Positions 9,767-20,700 of a DNA stretch of 64,000 bases are shown piece after piece. The translations under genes were made by a program, and so were the position numbers. Under the pieces are notes generated by a model, which saw only the letters and a list, made by a program, of their open reading frames with translations, did not search any database and was not told the DNA's origin. Every line of letters starts with the position of its first letter. Position 1 is the first letter of the stretch. Where the stretch lies: positions 30,592 to 94,591 of IMG/VR virus record IMGVR_UViG_3300008120_000012; one strand, given 5' to 3'. This DNA comes from a virus.

Positions 9767-10081
9767 ATGTCAACAACCACATACGAAGCACAAACGCTTA
9801 CGCTTATGGACGGTACAGAGGTTACTGTAAGACCTCTAAAGATATCACTACTTCGCCAATTTACCAAAAAGTTTGAGGGTATTGGTGATGTTCAAGAAGA
9901 TAATGATAAGTCTATGGATCTTCTTCTTGAGTGTGTAGCAATCGCTATGCAACAATACAAGCCAGAATTGGCAGATGTAAAGAAACTGGAAGAGATTATA
10001 GATCTTCCAACGGTCTATAAAGTAATTGAGGCTGCCTCTGGTGTTCCAATTACTGACTTGGGCCAACCAAAAATTGCATAA
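9767..10081 (+). CDS. tail assembly chaperone, short (G-like) form
   Basis: Directly before TMP; own TGCTATAAT promoter and AGGAGG RBS. Confidence 0.7.
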   Translation: MSTTTYEAQTLTLMDGTEVTVRPLKISLLRQFTKKFEGIGDVQEDNDKSMDLLLECVAIAMQQYKPELADVKKLEEIIDLPTVYKVIEAASGVPITDLGQPKIA

Positions 10082-10097
10082 GTAAAGAGGTGAATAG

Positions 10098-13000
10098 ATG
10101 GCTGACGTAAATGCTAATATTGGCGTAAATATAGATACGTCCAATGCGTTGGCTCAGATTAAAAATCTTCAGAGACAGTTATCTGAATTCTATACCTCAA
10201 TATCAAGATCAAGCGCAACTGCTGCATTAGCACAGCGTGATCTGCAGAGAAATCTTGTCAATAGTATAAACTCTCTTGGCGGTTTCTCTGCAGAGTTGCG
10301 TACGATTAAAACTACAGCAGAATCTTTTACTAACTCATTAGAAAAAAATAAGTTCTCAATGCGGGAATATTTCCGCTATGCAGCAGCATCTACAAAAACA
10401 TTCAGCAGAGTTTTTTCTTCAGAATTTGACACAATAAATAAAGTTGCAGAAGATAATGTAAAGAGACTACAGACACAATATATTAAACTTGGTCGTGATG
10501 CCAATGGAGCAATGAAGGCAATTGCTGTTATCCCTACCGAACTTAATATGAAGGACTTTTCTGTACAGACTCAAATGGCATCACAAAGACAGGCTATATT
10601 TAATCAATTAATTAAACAAGGCTCTACAAACCTTCTAAACTTTGGTAAGAATACTCAGTGGGCTGGTCGTCAGTTGATGGTTGGTTTTACTATCCCATTA
10701 ACATTATTGGGTAATGTTGCAGCAAAAACATTTATGGAAATGGAAACTGCTGCTATTAAATTTAAAAAAGTGTATGGAGATATGTTTACTCCAGCAGCAG
10801 AAACACAAGCAGCATTAGATAATGTAAAGGAACTAGGTGTTGCATTTACAAGATATGGAATTGCTGTTAAGGATACTGTTTCTCTTGCTGCAGATGCAGC
10901 AGCAGCAGGTTTCCAAGGCTTAGATCTACAGAGACAGGTTACAGAAGCAACAAGGCTACAGGTACTTGGTCAGATTGATCAACAGAAGGCTCTTGAAACT
11001 ACAATATCATTACAAAATGCTTTCCAGATGTCTTCAGAAGACTTGTCTGATTCTATTAACTTTTTAAACGCAGTTGAAAACCAGACAGTCGTTTCTCTTG
11101 ACGATATTACAACCGCTATTCCAAAGGCAGCGCCAGTTGTTAAGCAATTAGGTGGTAGCGTTAAAGACTTAGCATTCTTTATGGCTGCTATGAAAGAAGG
11201 CGGTATTAATGCATCAGAGGGTGCTAACGCATTAAAGTCTGGTCTTGCATCTCTTATTAATCCAACAGATAAAGCAAGAGAGATGATGGCAGGATTTGGC
11301 ATTGATATTGATGCGATAGTAAATAAAAATGCTGGCAATGTAAAACAAACAGTTATAGAGTTTGCTATGGCATTAGATAATCTTTCTGATCTAAATCGTC
11401 AAAGAGCAATTGAACAACTATTTGGTAAGTTCCAGTTAGCACGTCTATCTACATTATTTGAAAACGTTACAAGGTCTGGAAATCAAGCATCACGTGTTCT
11501 TGATTTAGCAACAGCGTCTACTGGTGATCTTGCAGCAATGGCTGATAAAGAATTAGGAATGACAGCCGAATCGGCAATGAATAAATTCCGTGCATCTGTT
11601 GAGCAACTAAAACTAGCACTTGTTCCAGTAGGAGAAGTATTTTTACAAACAGTTACACCAATTGTTGATGTTGTTTCTAATGTTTTAGATGCTTTTAATG
11701 ATTTGTCTCCAGGAGTTAAAAAAGCAATAACTGTAATGACAGTAGCAATTGGTGGTATTGGACCAGTTGCACTTATGACATTTGGTTTGCTAAATAACGG
11801 CATTGCCAATGCTATTAAATTATTTACAACTCTTCGTAATGGATACTTAAGACTTACAGGCCAATCTCAAATTTTAGGTGAACAGACTCAACTATTAACA
11901 ACAGAGCAACAGAATGCTGCAGCAGTAGCACACTCTTTAGATCAATCTCATGCTAGATTAACGCAAACATTTAATGTTGAAAAAGCAGCGCTTGATGGAT
12001 TAGTAGGTGCTTATGCTAGAGCAACTACTGCTGCTCAAAATTTCATAATTCAAAATCCAGGCATGATGCTTCCTGGAAGAATGCCTAAGAGATATGCAAA
12101 GGGTGTTTCATTAGTTCCAGGATCAGGTAGTGGCGATACAGTACCAGCAATGCTTGAACCAGGCGAGGCAGTCATTCCAAAGGCAATGGCAAAGAAATAT
12201 GCACCACTAATTAATGCAATGGTTGCTGGAAACATTCCAGGATATAGAAAAGGACTGGGTACTGGAACCGCAGTTGATATTCCAGGAGGATATGCAGCAG
12301 CACACTTTGGTGGAAGTTCATACAGAAGTGGTTCTGAACTTTTACAGATGGTGGAAGGACTTGATACGGCTTTTGCAAGACAAATTCGTACAATGGTTGC
12401 AGAAGTAGAAAATGGATTAGACAGAGTATTTACTGTATTTAGTAATGAAGTTGTCTCTATGTCTACAGAATTAAACAGAGCAGTTGGAAAAACGGGAAGT
12501 GGAAAGAGGGCTTCTGTAGACTTAGCAAGAACAGAATTAACAACTGGGGCATATGCACAAACTAGAGATATTGAACTACAAAGACAGTTAGAAGCAGCAG
12601 GAGTTTCTATTGAAGATATTAGACAAATTAATAAAAAAATCACTGAAGAAATAACAACTGGATTTGGTAGATTAGGAGATATTACAGAAGTAACAGCAGA
12701 AGACCTTGATAAGTTGATCGGTGATGCATATAAGGCAGTAGCAAAAACAGATGCAAGAGTTGATCAAGCATATAAGAATATGCAAAATATTACTACAGTA
12801 ACCAATCCGCTAAATGATTCTAGAATTGCCGTTACAAATGATCCATATACCAAGGCAAGAAAATCAGGAAAATATTATGGCGGAATGACTAGAATGGTCG
12901 GAGAAGGTAATGTTCCATATCAAGCAAATGCTAGATTTAAAATCAGTAATGCAATGGCGGGTTCTTTGGGGCTTTCATCACAAGATGCTGCTGCTATTTA

Positions 13001-16000
13001 TAATAAATTCTCTAATGAAGTTAAAGTTAGATTAGCATCACTAAGAAAAGATATAACTGCATTTACTGTAGAATTTGAAAAGCAAGCAGAACTAGCAGGA
13101 ATAAAAACTGGAAATGCTTACAAGGTTGGATTAGATAAAAACTTAAGAGATGTCTATGTAGAGTCTCGTCAACGTCAAAGTCCACACCCAATGGCATCAA
13201 AAGATGGAACTGATGATGGTAATGCATACGAAACAGCAAGACAAAACGCTATCAAACAAAGACGAGTAGCAACATCACCTGGAGGAACAGTTGGTCCAGG
13301 GGGAGTTATTATTCCACCAATGCCACCAGTAATTCCTGGCGGAGCAGAAGGCCCTATGTATGGACCAAGAAAGCCAACTTTTGTAGATAAAACTTTTGGT
13401 AGATTTAGAGGAAGATTTGGCGGAATGGCCTCTAATCCAGCAGTAGGAATGGCTGCGTCTACTGCATTCTTCGCAGCATCAATGATGCCAGGTAAGGTTG
13501 GAGAAGTTGCACAGAAGGCAATGCCAGCAGTATTTGGACTACAAGCATTGCAGATGGCGCTAAAACTTCCAATTCCGCATATCAAGGCATTTGCTGCAGT
13601 AGCACTTGCTGGTGTGGGTATATTTAAGTTAGTAAATTCTCAACTAGAAAAAAGTAGGTTGGCAATTGAAGGCTTAGGTGATGCTGCTACATTAACATCA
13701 GATAAAGCAAAAACACTTGGTAATTTCTTTGGAGTAGCACCACAAAGCACAAGACTAGAGCGTAGTGCGCTAGGTTCTGGCAGATCTGTAATGGTAGACT
13801 CACAAACAAGAACACAACTTGATGCATTACGTGCAGACGAAGGGTTTAAAAAAGATTTTGCAAAAGACATTCAATCGTTAAAAAATGCAAGTTCAAAGCA
13901 AGCAGAATTAGTTTTAAATAGTTTAGCAATACAACTAAAAGGAAAAGGTTTTGCTAAAGAGCAAATAGATTTAATTATTAAAGCATTACAAGAAGAATCT
14001 GGTAAGACAAATCTAAAAATATCTTTTGCTGATATAGATTTATCAACAGCAGAAGGTCAGGCAAAACTAAAGCAAAGCGTAACTGCTCTAACGAGGAGTT
14101 TTGGTAAAGAGTTCAAAAAAGGTTATGAATCAGAAACAAAAACAGCAGTTAGTGGTGCTACTGGAGAGATAGTAACTTGGACTGAAGAGAAACTATCAAA
14201 GGGTTTAAAGAAGAGTGTTTCAACTGCCTCTAAGGCTATTGCTGGTATGTTTAATGGATTGTCTGGACAATTGGAAAATGGATCTATTAGTTTAGATCAA
14301 TTTAATCAAGGTTTTGACTCTATTATTCAGTCAATCCAAAGCATGCCACAACCTCAAAGTGCATTATTAATGCAAAACATATTTAAAAATATGCCTGGAG
14401 ATATTGCTAAGGCTGCAGGAGAAATAAAGAATTTTTCAACTCAAGCATTACTTGCCAAAGCAGCATTACTTGGTGTTGAAACTATTACAAAAACAATGAT
14501 AAATGCATTAAAAACTGCAGAAACAAGTTCTGATGGAGGAGCGCAAAGAGCAGCAACTCGTGTTAAAGCAAAGATCAAAAAAGACACTGATGCTGTTGCA
14601 GCAGGCATGAAAGCAATGGCTGAAGCAGCAAAGAAGGCTTTTGGAGATCTTGGTGGCGCAGGTACTGGAGAAGATAGTCCATTTGTAAAACTAAAGAAAC
14701 AATTACAAGAAGCAATAACCAATGCTCAAAATTCTTCTAGAGCATTTAATCTAATGCGTCAAAATGGTGTGGGCATTGCAGAAGCACTTGAACTATCTAA
14801 AGATCCATTATTAGCAATGGTATTAGCAACTACTAAATCTAAAAAAGAATTTAATACAATATTAAAACTAATTAGAGAAATGAACAAGGAGACAGAAAAG
14901 GGTGCATTGAAGAATTTCTTGCAAGGTCTAAAAGCAAAAAATAATTTAACAGAAGAATTTACAAAGGTTATGCCATTGCTACAAAAAATGGGATTAAAGT
15001 CTGAAGAGATAATGGATATTCTTAATAATGCTGATGTAGCAAGAGGACTTATAAATGGTCTTAACCAAGCAAAAGATAAGGCAGCATTCTTAAAAAATTA
15101 TATTGATGAAATTGTTAGGGAAAGAACTTTAAGAATCAATATAGAAATGAATACTGTTGAAGGTAAGGTCAATAAAGTAACTTCAATTGCTGGTGCTCAA
15201 ATTAGATCTCTTGATGCTAGAGCAGCAGTAATACGCCGTGCAGCGCAAACTGGAAGTTATGGTGGAGATTTTTCTAAATTAAGTGGACTAAATGCAGAAC
15301 AGATGGCAAAACTAAGCAAGATTAATCTTGGAGCATCTCAGGCAGCAGTAACTGCTGCTAGAAATCAAGTTACACAACAACAGAGTATTATTGCTGGCAT
15401 ACAAAGTCAAATAAATGCAAAACAACATCTTATTTCTTTAAATAATGCCTTGATAGACAAGCAACAGCAAGAGATTGATAAGATTGATAAGTTAATAGAT
15501 AAAGAACAAGAAAGATTAAAGGCAGCAGAAGAATATGTTAAGTTAAACTTTGATGAACCATTGCAAAAACTAAATGATGAATCAAATGTTCTATCAAATA
15601 GGCTTTCTCAGATTGAGCGTCAAGAAAAAGCAATTAATGAACAGTATGATAAACAGCAAAAAGCAATGGAGGAAATGAATAAACTCAATGAAGAGGCTAT
15701 TCAACAAGGTAAAACAAGAATTAGTATTGCTGATGCTTTAAGTCAGGGAGATATTTCTGCAGCAGCACAGGGTGTTCAAGATTTAAGATCTCAGCAAGCA
15801 GAGTCTCAGTCTGGTGCTATGCAGGCTGCCATGGATGCTGCTCGTCAGCAGGCACTTGGATCAATTGCTGTTGACGGAATGACAAGGGCACAGATTGAAG
15901 AAAGACAATATCAGATACAGCAAGAGTCATTTAAACTTGAGCAGGCTAAGGCAGAATATATTCGTAACACAGTTCTTCCAATTCAAAAAGAAATTGAAAG

Positions 16001-17066
16001 ATTGGAAGCATCTAAGATTCCATTCCAAAATGAAATTAATAGATTAACTGAGGCTAATGCTGCAATTCAAAGAGAGATAGAAGATATACAAAATAATCAA
16101 CTATATGCTGCAGAACAAACACTTGATAAGTTAGAAGGTCAATTAGATGCAGCAGAAGACAAACTTGCAGCAGATGAAGCAATTGTTGAAGAGATTATTA
16201 AGCAACTAGAAGAGTCTGGCAAAACAAAAGAAGAATGGGAAAAGATTGTTGAAGAAGCAGAGGCAGCATTGGCTAAGTTTAATGCAATCCAGGCATCACT
16301 AGAAGCAGGAGAGAATGCTGCAGCAGGAATAAAGGCTATCTTAGACTCTATTAATGGAATGGTTTATACAGTAACCATTGTACAAAATGTAGTTACAGTA
16401 GGCGGAACTGTGGGCTCAACTGGTTCAAGTGGTTCAACTAGTTCAAGTGGTTCAACTGTTACAGGAACAACAACTGTTGATGGAAGAACTGTTGTAACTG
16501 GTACAAGCACTACAGAAGATGCTCACCTATCGGCACTTGCTGGAGCATCAACAGTTAATGGAACAAAGGTAGTTGATGGTCGTACAGTAATTACTGGTAC
16601 AAGTTCTAGTGGTTCAGACATATATCCAAGTTATAGTGTATATGGTGCATTTAGCGCTAAAAAATACGGTGGAAAAATTTTAAAGAGAGCAATTGGCGGT
16701 ATTGTTCCAGGTATTGGATTATCTGACAAAGTTCCAACATTATTAACTCCAGGAGAATTTGTAATAAATAAAGCATCTGCTCAGGCCTTTGGCCCAATGC
16801 TTGAATCTATTAATCAAATGCAATATCCACAAATGGCTACTAATAGAGGTTTAAGAACTGCAACACAAAAGGCTGCAGACATTGCTTTACAGAATTCAGT
16901 TGCATTATCTAAGGGAGGATACAGCGACAATAGTTCTGAGGTGTATAATTATAAGGTAGATGTTAATGTTATGGGTTCTAGCAGTAATCCAGATGAAATA
17001 GCAAATGCTGTTATGAACAAAATTAGGCAGTTAGAATCTACAACATTAAGAGGTAGGAGAGTATAA
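10098..17066 (+). CDS. tape measure protein
   Basis: 2322 aa, Ala-rich helical, TP901-like core (EGGINASEGANALKSGL), coiled coils, GDTVPAMLEPGEAV / DKVPTLLTPGEFV motifs. Confidence 0.93.
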   Translation: MADVNANIGVNIDTSNALAQIKNLQRQLSEFYTSISRSSATAALAQRDLQRNLVNSINSLGGFSAELRTIKTTAESFTNSLEKNKFSMREYFRYAAASTKTFSRVFSSEFDTINKVAEDNVKRLQTQYIKLGRDANGAMKAIAVIPTELNMKDFSVQTQMASQRQAIFNQLIKQGSTNLLNFGKNTQWAGRQLMVGFTIPLTLLGNVAAKTFMEMETAAIKFKKVYGDMFTPAAETQAALDNVKELGVAFTRYGIAVKDTVSLAADAAAAGFQGLDLQRQVTEATRLQVLGQIDQQKALETTISLQNAFQMSSEDLSDSINFLNAVENQTVVSLDDITTAIPKAAPVVKQLGGSVKDLAFFMAAMKEGGINASEGANALKSGLASLINPTDKAREMMAGFGIDIDAIVNKNAGNVKQTVIEFAMALDNLSDLNRQRAIEQLFGKFQLARLSTLFENVTRSGNQASRVLDLATASTGDLAAMADKELGMTAESAMNKFRASVEQLKLALVPVGEVFLQTVTPIVDVVSNVLDAFNDLSPGVKKAITVMTVAIGGIGPVALMTFGLLNNGIANAIKLFTTLRNGYLRLTGQSQILGEQTQLLTTEQQNAAAVAHSLDQSHARLTQTFNVEKAALDGLVGAYARATTAAQNFIIQNPGMMLPGRMPKRYAKGVSLVPGSGSGDTVPAMLEPGEAVIPKAMAKKYAPLINAMVAGNIPGYRKGLGTGTAVDIPGGYAAAHFGGSSYRSGSELLQMVEGLDTAFARQIRTMVAEVENGLDRVFTVFSNEVVSMSTELNRAVGKTGSGKRASVDLARTELTTGAYAQTRDIELQRQLEAAGVSIEDIRQINKKITEEITTGFGRLGDITEVTAEDLDKLIGDAYKAVAKTDARVDQAYKNMQNITTVTNPLNDSRIAVTNDPYTKARKSGKYYGGMTRMVGEGNVPYQANARFKISNAMAGSLGLSSQDAAAIYNKFSNEVKVRLASLRKDITAFTVEFEKQAELAGIKTGNAYKVGLDKNLRDVYVESRQRQSPHPMASKDGTDDGNAYETARQNAIKQRRVATSPGGTVGPGGVIIPPMPPVIPGGAEGPMYGPRKPTFVDKTFGRFRGRFGGMASNPAVGMAASTAFFAASMMPGKVGEVAQKAMPAVFGLQALQMALKLPIPHIKAFAAVALAGVGIFKLVNSQLEKSRLAIEGLGDAATLTSDKAKTLGNFFGVAPQSTRLERSALGSGRSVMVDSQTRTQLDALRADEGFKKDFAKDIQSLKNASSKQAELVLNSLAIQLKGKGFAKEQIDLIIKALQEESGKTNLKISFADIDLSTAEGQAKLKQSVTALTRSFGKEFKKGYESETKTAVSGATGEIVTWTEEKLSKGLKKSVSTASKAIAGMFNGLSGQLENGSISLDQFNQGFDSIIQSIQSMPQPQSALLMQNIFKNMPGDIAKAAGEIKNFSTQALLAKAALLGVETITKTMINALKTAETSSDGGAQRAATRVKAKIKKDTDAVAAGMKAMAEAAKKAFGDLGGAGTGEDSPFVKLKKQLQEAITNAQNSSRAFNLMRQNGVGIAEALELSKDPLLAMVLATTKSKKEFNTILKLIREMNKETEKGALKNFLQGLKAKNNLTEEFTKVMPLLQKMGLKSEEIMDILNNADVARGLINGLNQAKDKAAFLKNYIDEIVRERTLRINIEMNTVEGKVNKVTSIAGAQIRSLDARAAVIRRAAQTGSYGGDFSKLSGLNAEQMAKLSKINLGASQAAVTAARNQVTQQQSIIAGIQSQINAKQHLISLNNALIDKQQQEIDKIDKLIDKEQERLKAAEEYVKLNFDEPLQKLNDESNVLSNRLSQIERQEKAINEQYDKQQKAMEEMNKLNEEAIQQGKTRISIADALSQGDISAAAQGVQDLRSQQAESQSGAMQAAMDAARQQALGSIAVDGMTRAQIEERQYQIQQESFKLEQAKAEYIRNTVLPIQKEIERLEASKIPFQNEINRLTEANAAIQREIEDIQNNQLYAAEQTLDKLEGQLDAAEDKLAADEAIVEEIIKQLEESGKTKEEWEKIVEEAEAALAKFNAIQASLEAGENAAAGIKAILDSINGMVYTVTIVQNVVTVGGTVGSTGSSGSTSSSGSTVTGTTTVDGRTVVTGTSTTEDAHLSALAGASTVNGTKVVDGRTVITGTSSSGSDIYPSYSVYGAFSAKKYGGKILKRAIGGIVPGIGLSDKVPTLLTPGEFVINKASAQAFGPMLESINQMQYPQMATNRGLRTATQKAADIALQNSVALSKGGYSDNSSEVYNYKVDVNVMGSSSNPDEIANAVMNKIRQLESTTLRGRRV
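16412..16459 (+). repeat. degenerate 9-bp tandem repeat encoding GST/GSS in the TMP C-terminus
   Basis: ggctcaact ggttcaagt ggttcaact agttcaagt ggttcaact. Confidence 0.7.
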
Positions 17067-17716
17067 TGGCTTCATCGGCATATATGACTGGCAGAAAAAG
17101 GTATGCTAGACCACAAGCAATGCTTTGGTCTGATACGCCTGGAACTATATCAAATGGCATATATGTTCCATCAGGATATGAAAAAGGTTCTGATTTAACT
17201 AGCATTACCACAGAAGATTATTTTATAGTGTTGTCTGATCACAACCGTTCTCCTATTAATATATCAACACAAAGATTAGAACAAAGACGAAGAATGATCA
17301 ATGGAACAATGCGTTCTTATCATATAGCAGATAAAATAGCAATATCAACTGACTGGAATAATTTACCATCAAGATCGTACAAACTAAATCCATCTTTTAA
17401 TCAAATTACTGGAAAGTCTGCATATGACCATGGCTATGGTTCTTTTACTGGATCAGAATCAGAATATACTGCTGATGGAGGTGCAGGCGGAGTAGAACTA
17501 CTTGATTGGTATGAAAATCATAAAGATCCGTTCTGGGTATTTTTATCATATGATAAATATAATAATTTTGGAGATGACAATCCCGCTAGATTACATTTAG
17601 CAGAATACAGCCAGGTAGTACAAATGTACATTGCTGGATTTAACTATAGCGTTGTAAAGCGTGGCGGGAATAATATGGATTTGTGGAACATAAGTGTTTC
17701 ACTAGAAGAGGTTTAA
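17066..17716 (+). CDS. distal tail (Dit-like) / minor tail protein
   Basis: Follows TMP; RMINGTMRSYH and C-terminal VSLEEV. Confidence 0.65.
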   Translation: MASSAYMTGRKRYARPQAMLWSDTPGTISNGIYVPSGYEKGSDLTSITTEDYFIVLSDHNRSPINISTQRLEQRRRMINGTMRSYHIADKIAISTDWNNLPSRSYKLNPSFNQITGKSAYDHGYGSFTGSESEYTADGGAGGVELLDWYENHKDPFWVFLSYDKYNNFGDDNPARLHLAEYSQVVQMYIAGFNYSVVKRGGNNMDLWNISVSLEEV

Positions 17717-17717
17717 T

Positions 17718-20700
17718 GTGTGGCAAAATGATGAATTAAAAAATCATTTAGAAACATCTTTTACTGTTCAGTCTCAAACTGCAGTAGTTGCTGAATGGAA
17801 TATGAACGTTCCTGGTAATATTTTTAAAATGGGTAATTATAGATATCGTAAAAATGATTCTACTTCTGATTATTTTAAAATTCCAAACTTTTTTGATCCA
17901 CTTGATGAAAGTAATCATTATACCAATGCAACTGATTCAGATGTTGTTATAGAAAGTGGATTAGAAACAGATACAGTAACTCCATTATTGTTTACGTATA
18001 CTAAAGAGTTAGAAAAATTATACTATTCCCTAGAAGATTGTTTTAAACCATACAGGCCAAGATCAGGAATTAACAAGGCATCATTTTTTAATAATAAATA
18101 TTTTTCTCATCCAAATCAAGATATGTATTTAAGACCAAGATATTATATGCCACACCGAGATGACCAATTTAAGTATTGGAGATCTTACAGAACCGAAAGT
18201 TTAGCATTAGAAGATGGATACGTAACTATACAAAGTAATAGTATCCCAATCCCATTGACTAGCGATAATAGCAACAAAGAGTACGGTATATCAAAATATG
18301 ATAACGCTAATGGTATATATTCAATTGACGATGCTTGTCCTTTCGTTGTTTATAAAGAGTCAGTTCCAGCAAATAGAATTATATGCAAAGTACAAACTAA
18401 CATTGGAGATATAAATCTTGGACCGTTTAAAAAAGATGGAGAAATTTTAAATGATCCATTTTATGGTCAAGAAAATGCAACAACTCCTGTAAGATTTACT
18501 ATTCAATATTTAAGTGAATATAATGAGTGGATAGATGCCTATTCATTTAATGAAGATTCGCTAAGGGATGATAATACTGATATTTTTAATAGTGACGGGT
18601 ATCTAAGTTTACAGTATGGGCTAGAAGTTCCAGATGCTTTTAAAGATAACTTTATTCTTGTAGGAACATCTACATCTGCTTCATCACTACCAACAAACAA
18701 TGTAAAGGGATATGCCTATTTAGTTAAAAGTACATCTTCTAGTCTTGGTATTTTGTATATTTGGAATGGCTCTGGATATTCTCAATTTACTCCAAAGTAC
18801 AGTTGGAAAATTGGAACTGACGGTGTATATGAAAATACACAATTTGTTACTGATTTTACAAATCCAGATTATTTTATAGATAGCAATGTTTTTGGTAAAA
18901 TATTTAGAGAGTTTGTTTTTATTAAAGGTCTTAGAGTTGTTGTAGAAACAATGAATGTTCCAAATGTACCATTTGAATTAATTGAACTATCTCCTAGACT
19001 AGTAGCAGATATGACTAATAAAACTATTAGTTTTTCAACTAGTAAAGTTTTATCTGATTTGGGAAATTCGTCTATACCCGTAGGAAATTTGCTGGCATCT
19101 ACTGGGTCCATATCTATTTTTGACAATGATAGTTCTTTCAATGAAAATAATATTTGGGATGGAAATGAAGGAAGTATAATAGCAAAATATTTTGATAAAA
19201 CAATTAAGTTCAATATATACGAGGTTATCAGAGAAGTAAATGATGTTAACTATTACATTCCAATAAAAACTTTGTACACTGAGGGAATGCCACAAACAAA
19301 CGCTATAGATGGCAACATAAGTTTTGCATTACGAGATTTTTATTTTTATTTTGAATCAGTTAAGGCTCCAGAAATATTAATAACAGAAGCATCTTTAAGT
19401 CAGGCAGTGGCTATTCTTTTAGACCATATTGGTTTTTCTAATTACATTTTTAAAAGACTTTCTAATGAAAAAGATCCTATAATTCCATACTTTTTTGTTG
19501 CTCCAGAACAAAACGTTGCAGAAGTTTTAAGACAACTTGCAATATCTACACAATCAGCAATGTATTTTGATGAATACAATAATTTTGTAGTTGTTAGTAA
19601 AAATTATTTATTAGATGAAACTGACGAAAGGCCAGTAGACATTGTGTTATATGGATCTAATAATTCATCAGAAGTTGGTATAAACAAAAACGTATACCCA
19701 AACAAACTTTCTAATATTATAGGAATATCTTCTCAAAACAAAAAAATATATAATGATGGTAATATTACATATACTGAAAGATATATTCAAAGATCTTATG
19801 GAAGTATTAAACAATCTCAAATGGTTGACCAAGATAAAACTTTTATATATAAACCAGTTTTGTTATGGGAAGTTTCTGGATCTGCTAAAACAAAAACGGC
19901 AAATAATGAAATGCAGTCAACATATGTATTGAGCGCATTACCATTAAACTCTGATCTTGATAATAATCCACCAAGTGTAGTTAATAATATTTTGATTAAT
20001 AATACTATTGATTTTGGAGAAAATGTATATTGGCTTGGAAGATATCAAGGATACTTCTATGCTGCTGGAGAAATAATTAGATTTGATGCAGTTCAATATA
20101 ATATACCAGGGGTGGGCAATGAATGGATAACCAGTGGTTTAGAGTATCAAAAATATTTTTCACAACTGCCATTTAATGGAAAGATGTATCCTACTGGATT
20201 AGTAAGAATATACGCAGAGCCATATTATGAAACAATTAATGGCAATACTGTGTTAAAAAACGGCGAGGTAGCACAACACGGCAGAGAACAATTTGGAACT
20301 ACTATACAATATCATAATGCTGGATTAGATAGTTATTGGTCAAGCAATGATTATGTTCAGGGTTGCGATATGCAATCAGAGTTACTGTATACAACAAAAA
20401 TTGACCCTACACTTCCTGCAGTTACCAATGGTGTTGCTGGTCTAAATAAAAGTAAAGCAGAAAAATCAAAAAGAAATGGTATTATTAAAAACTTATTTGC
20501 AACTTCATATGCAACTGAAACAGATGTACCATTATTAAAAACTACTCAAACTGGAACAATACAATCTTCCGCTCTTGTTTTTAATGGACCTATATTTGAA
20601 GCCACAGAAAAATCAAGGGACTTTGTTTCATATGTTTGGAAAGAGTTAGACAGGCCTTTTAAATGTTTTGGAACAAGAATGAGAATTATTGGAAGAATTG

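Noticed and set aside
10979-14722. Long antisense ORFs within the TMP, and similar ones within the scaffold, DnaE and Ala-rich genes
   Set aside because: Shadow ORFs caused by sense-strand codon bias; no RBS or recognisable motifs
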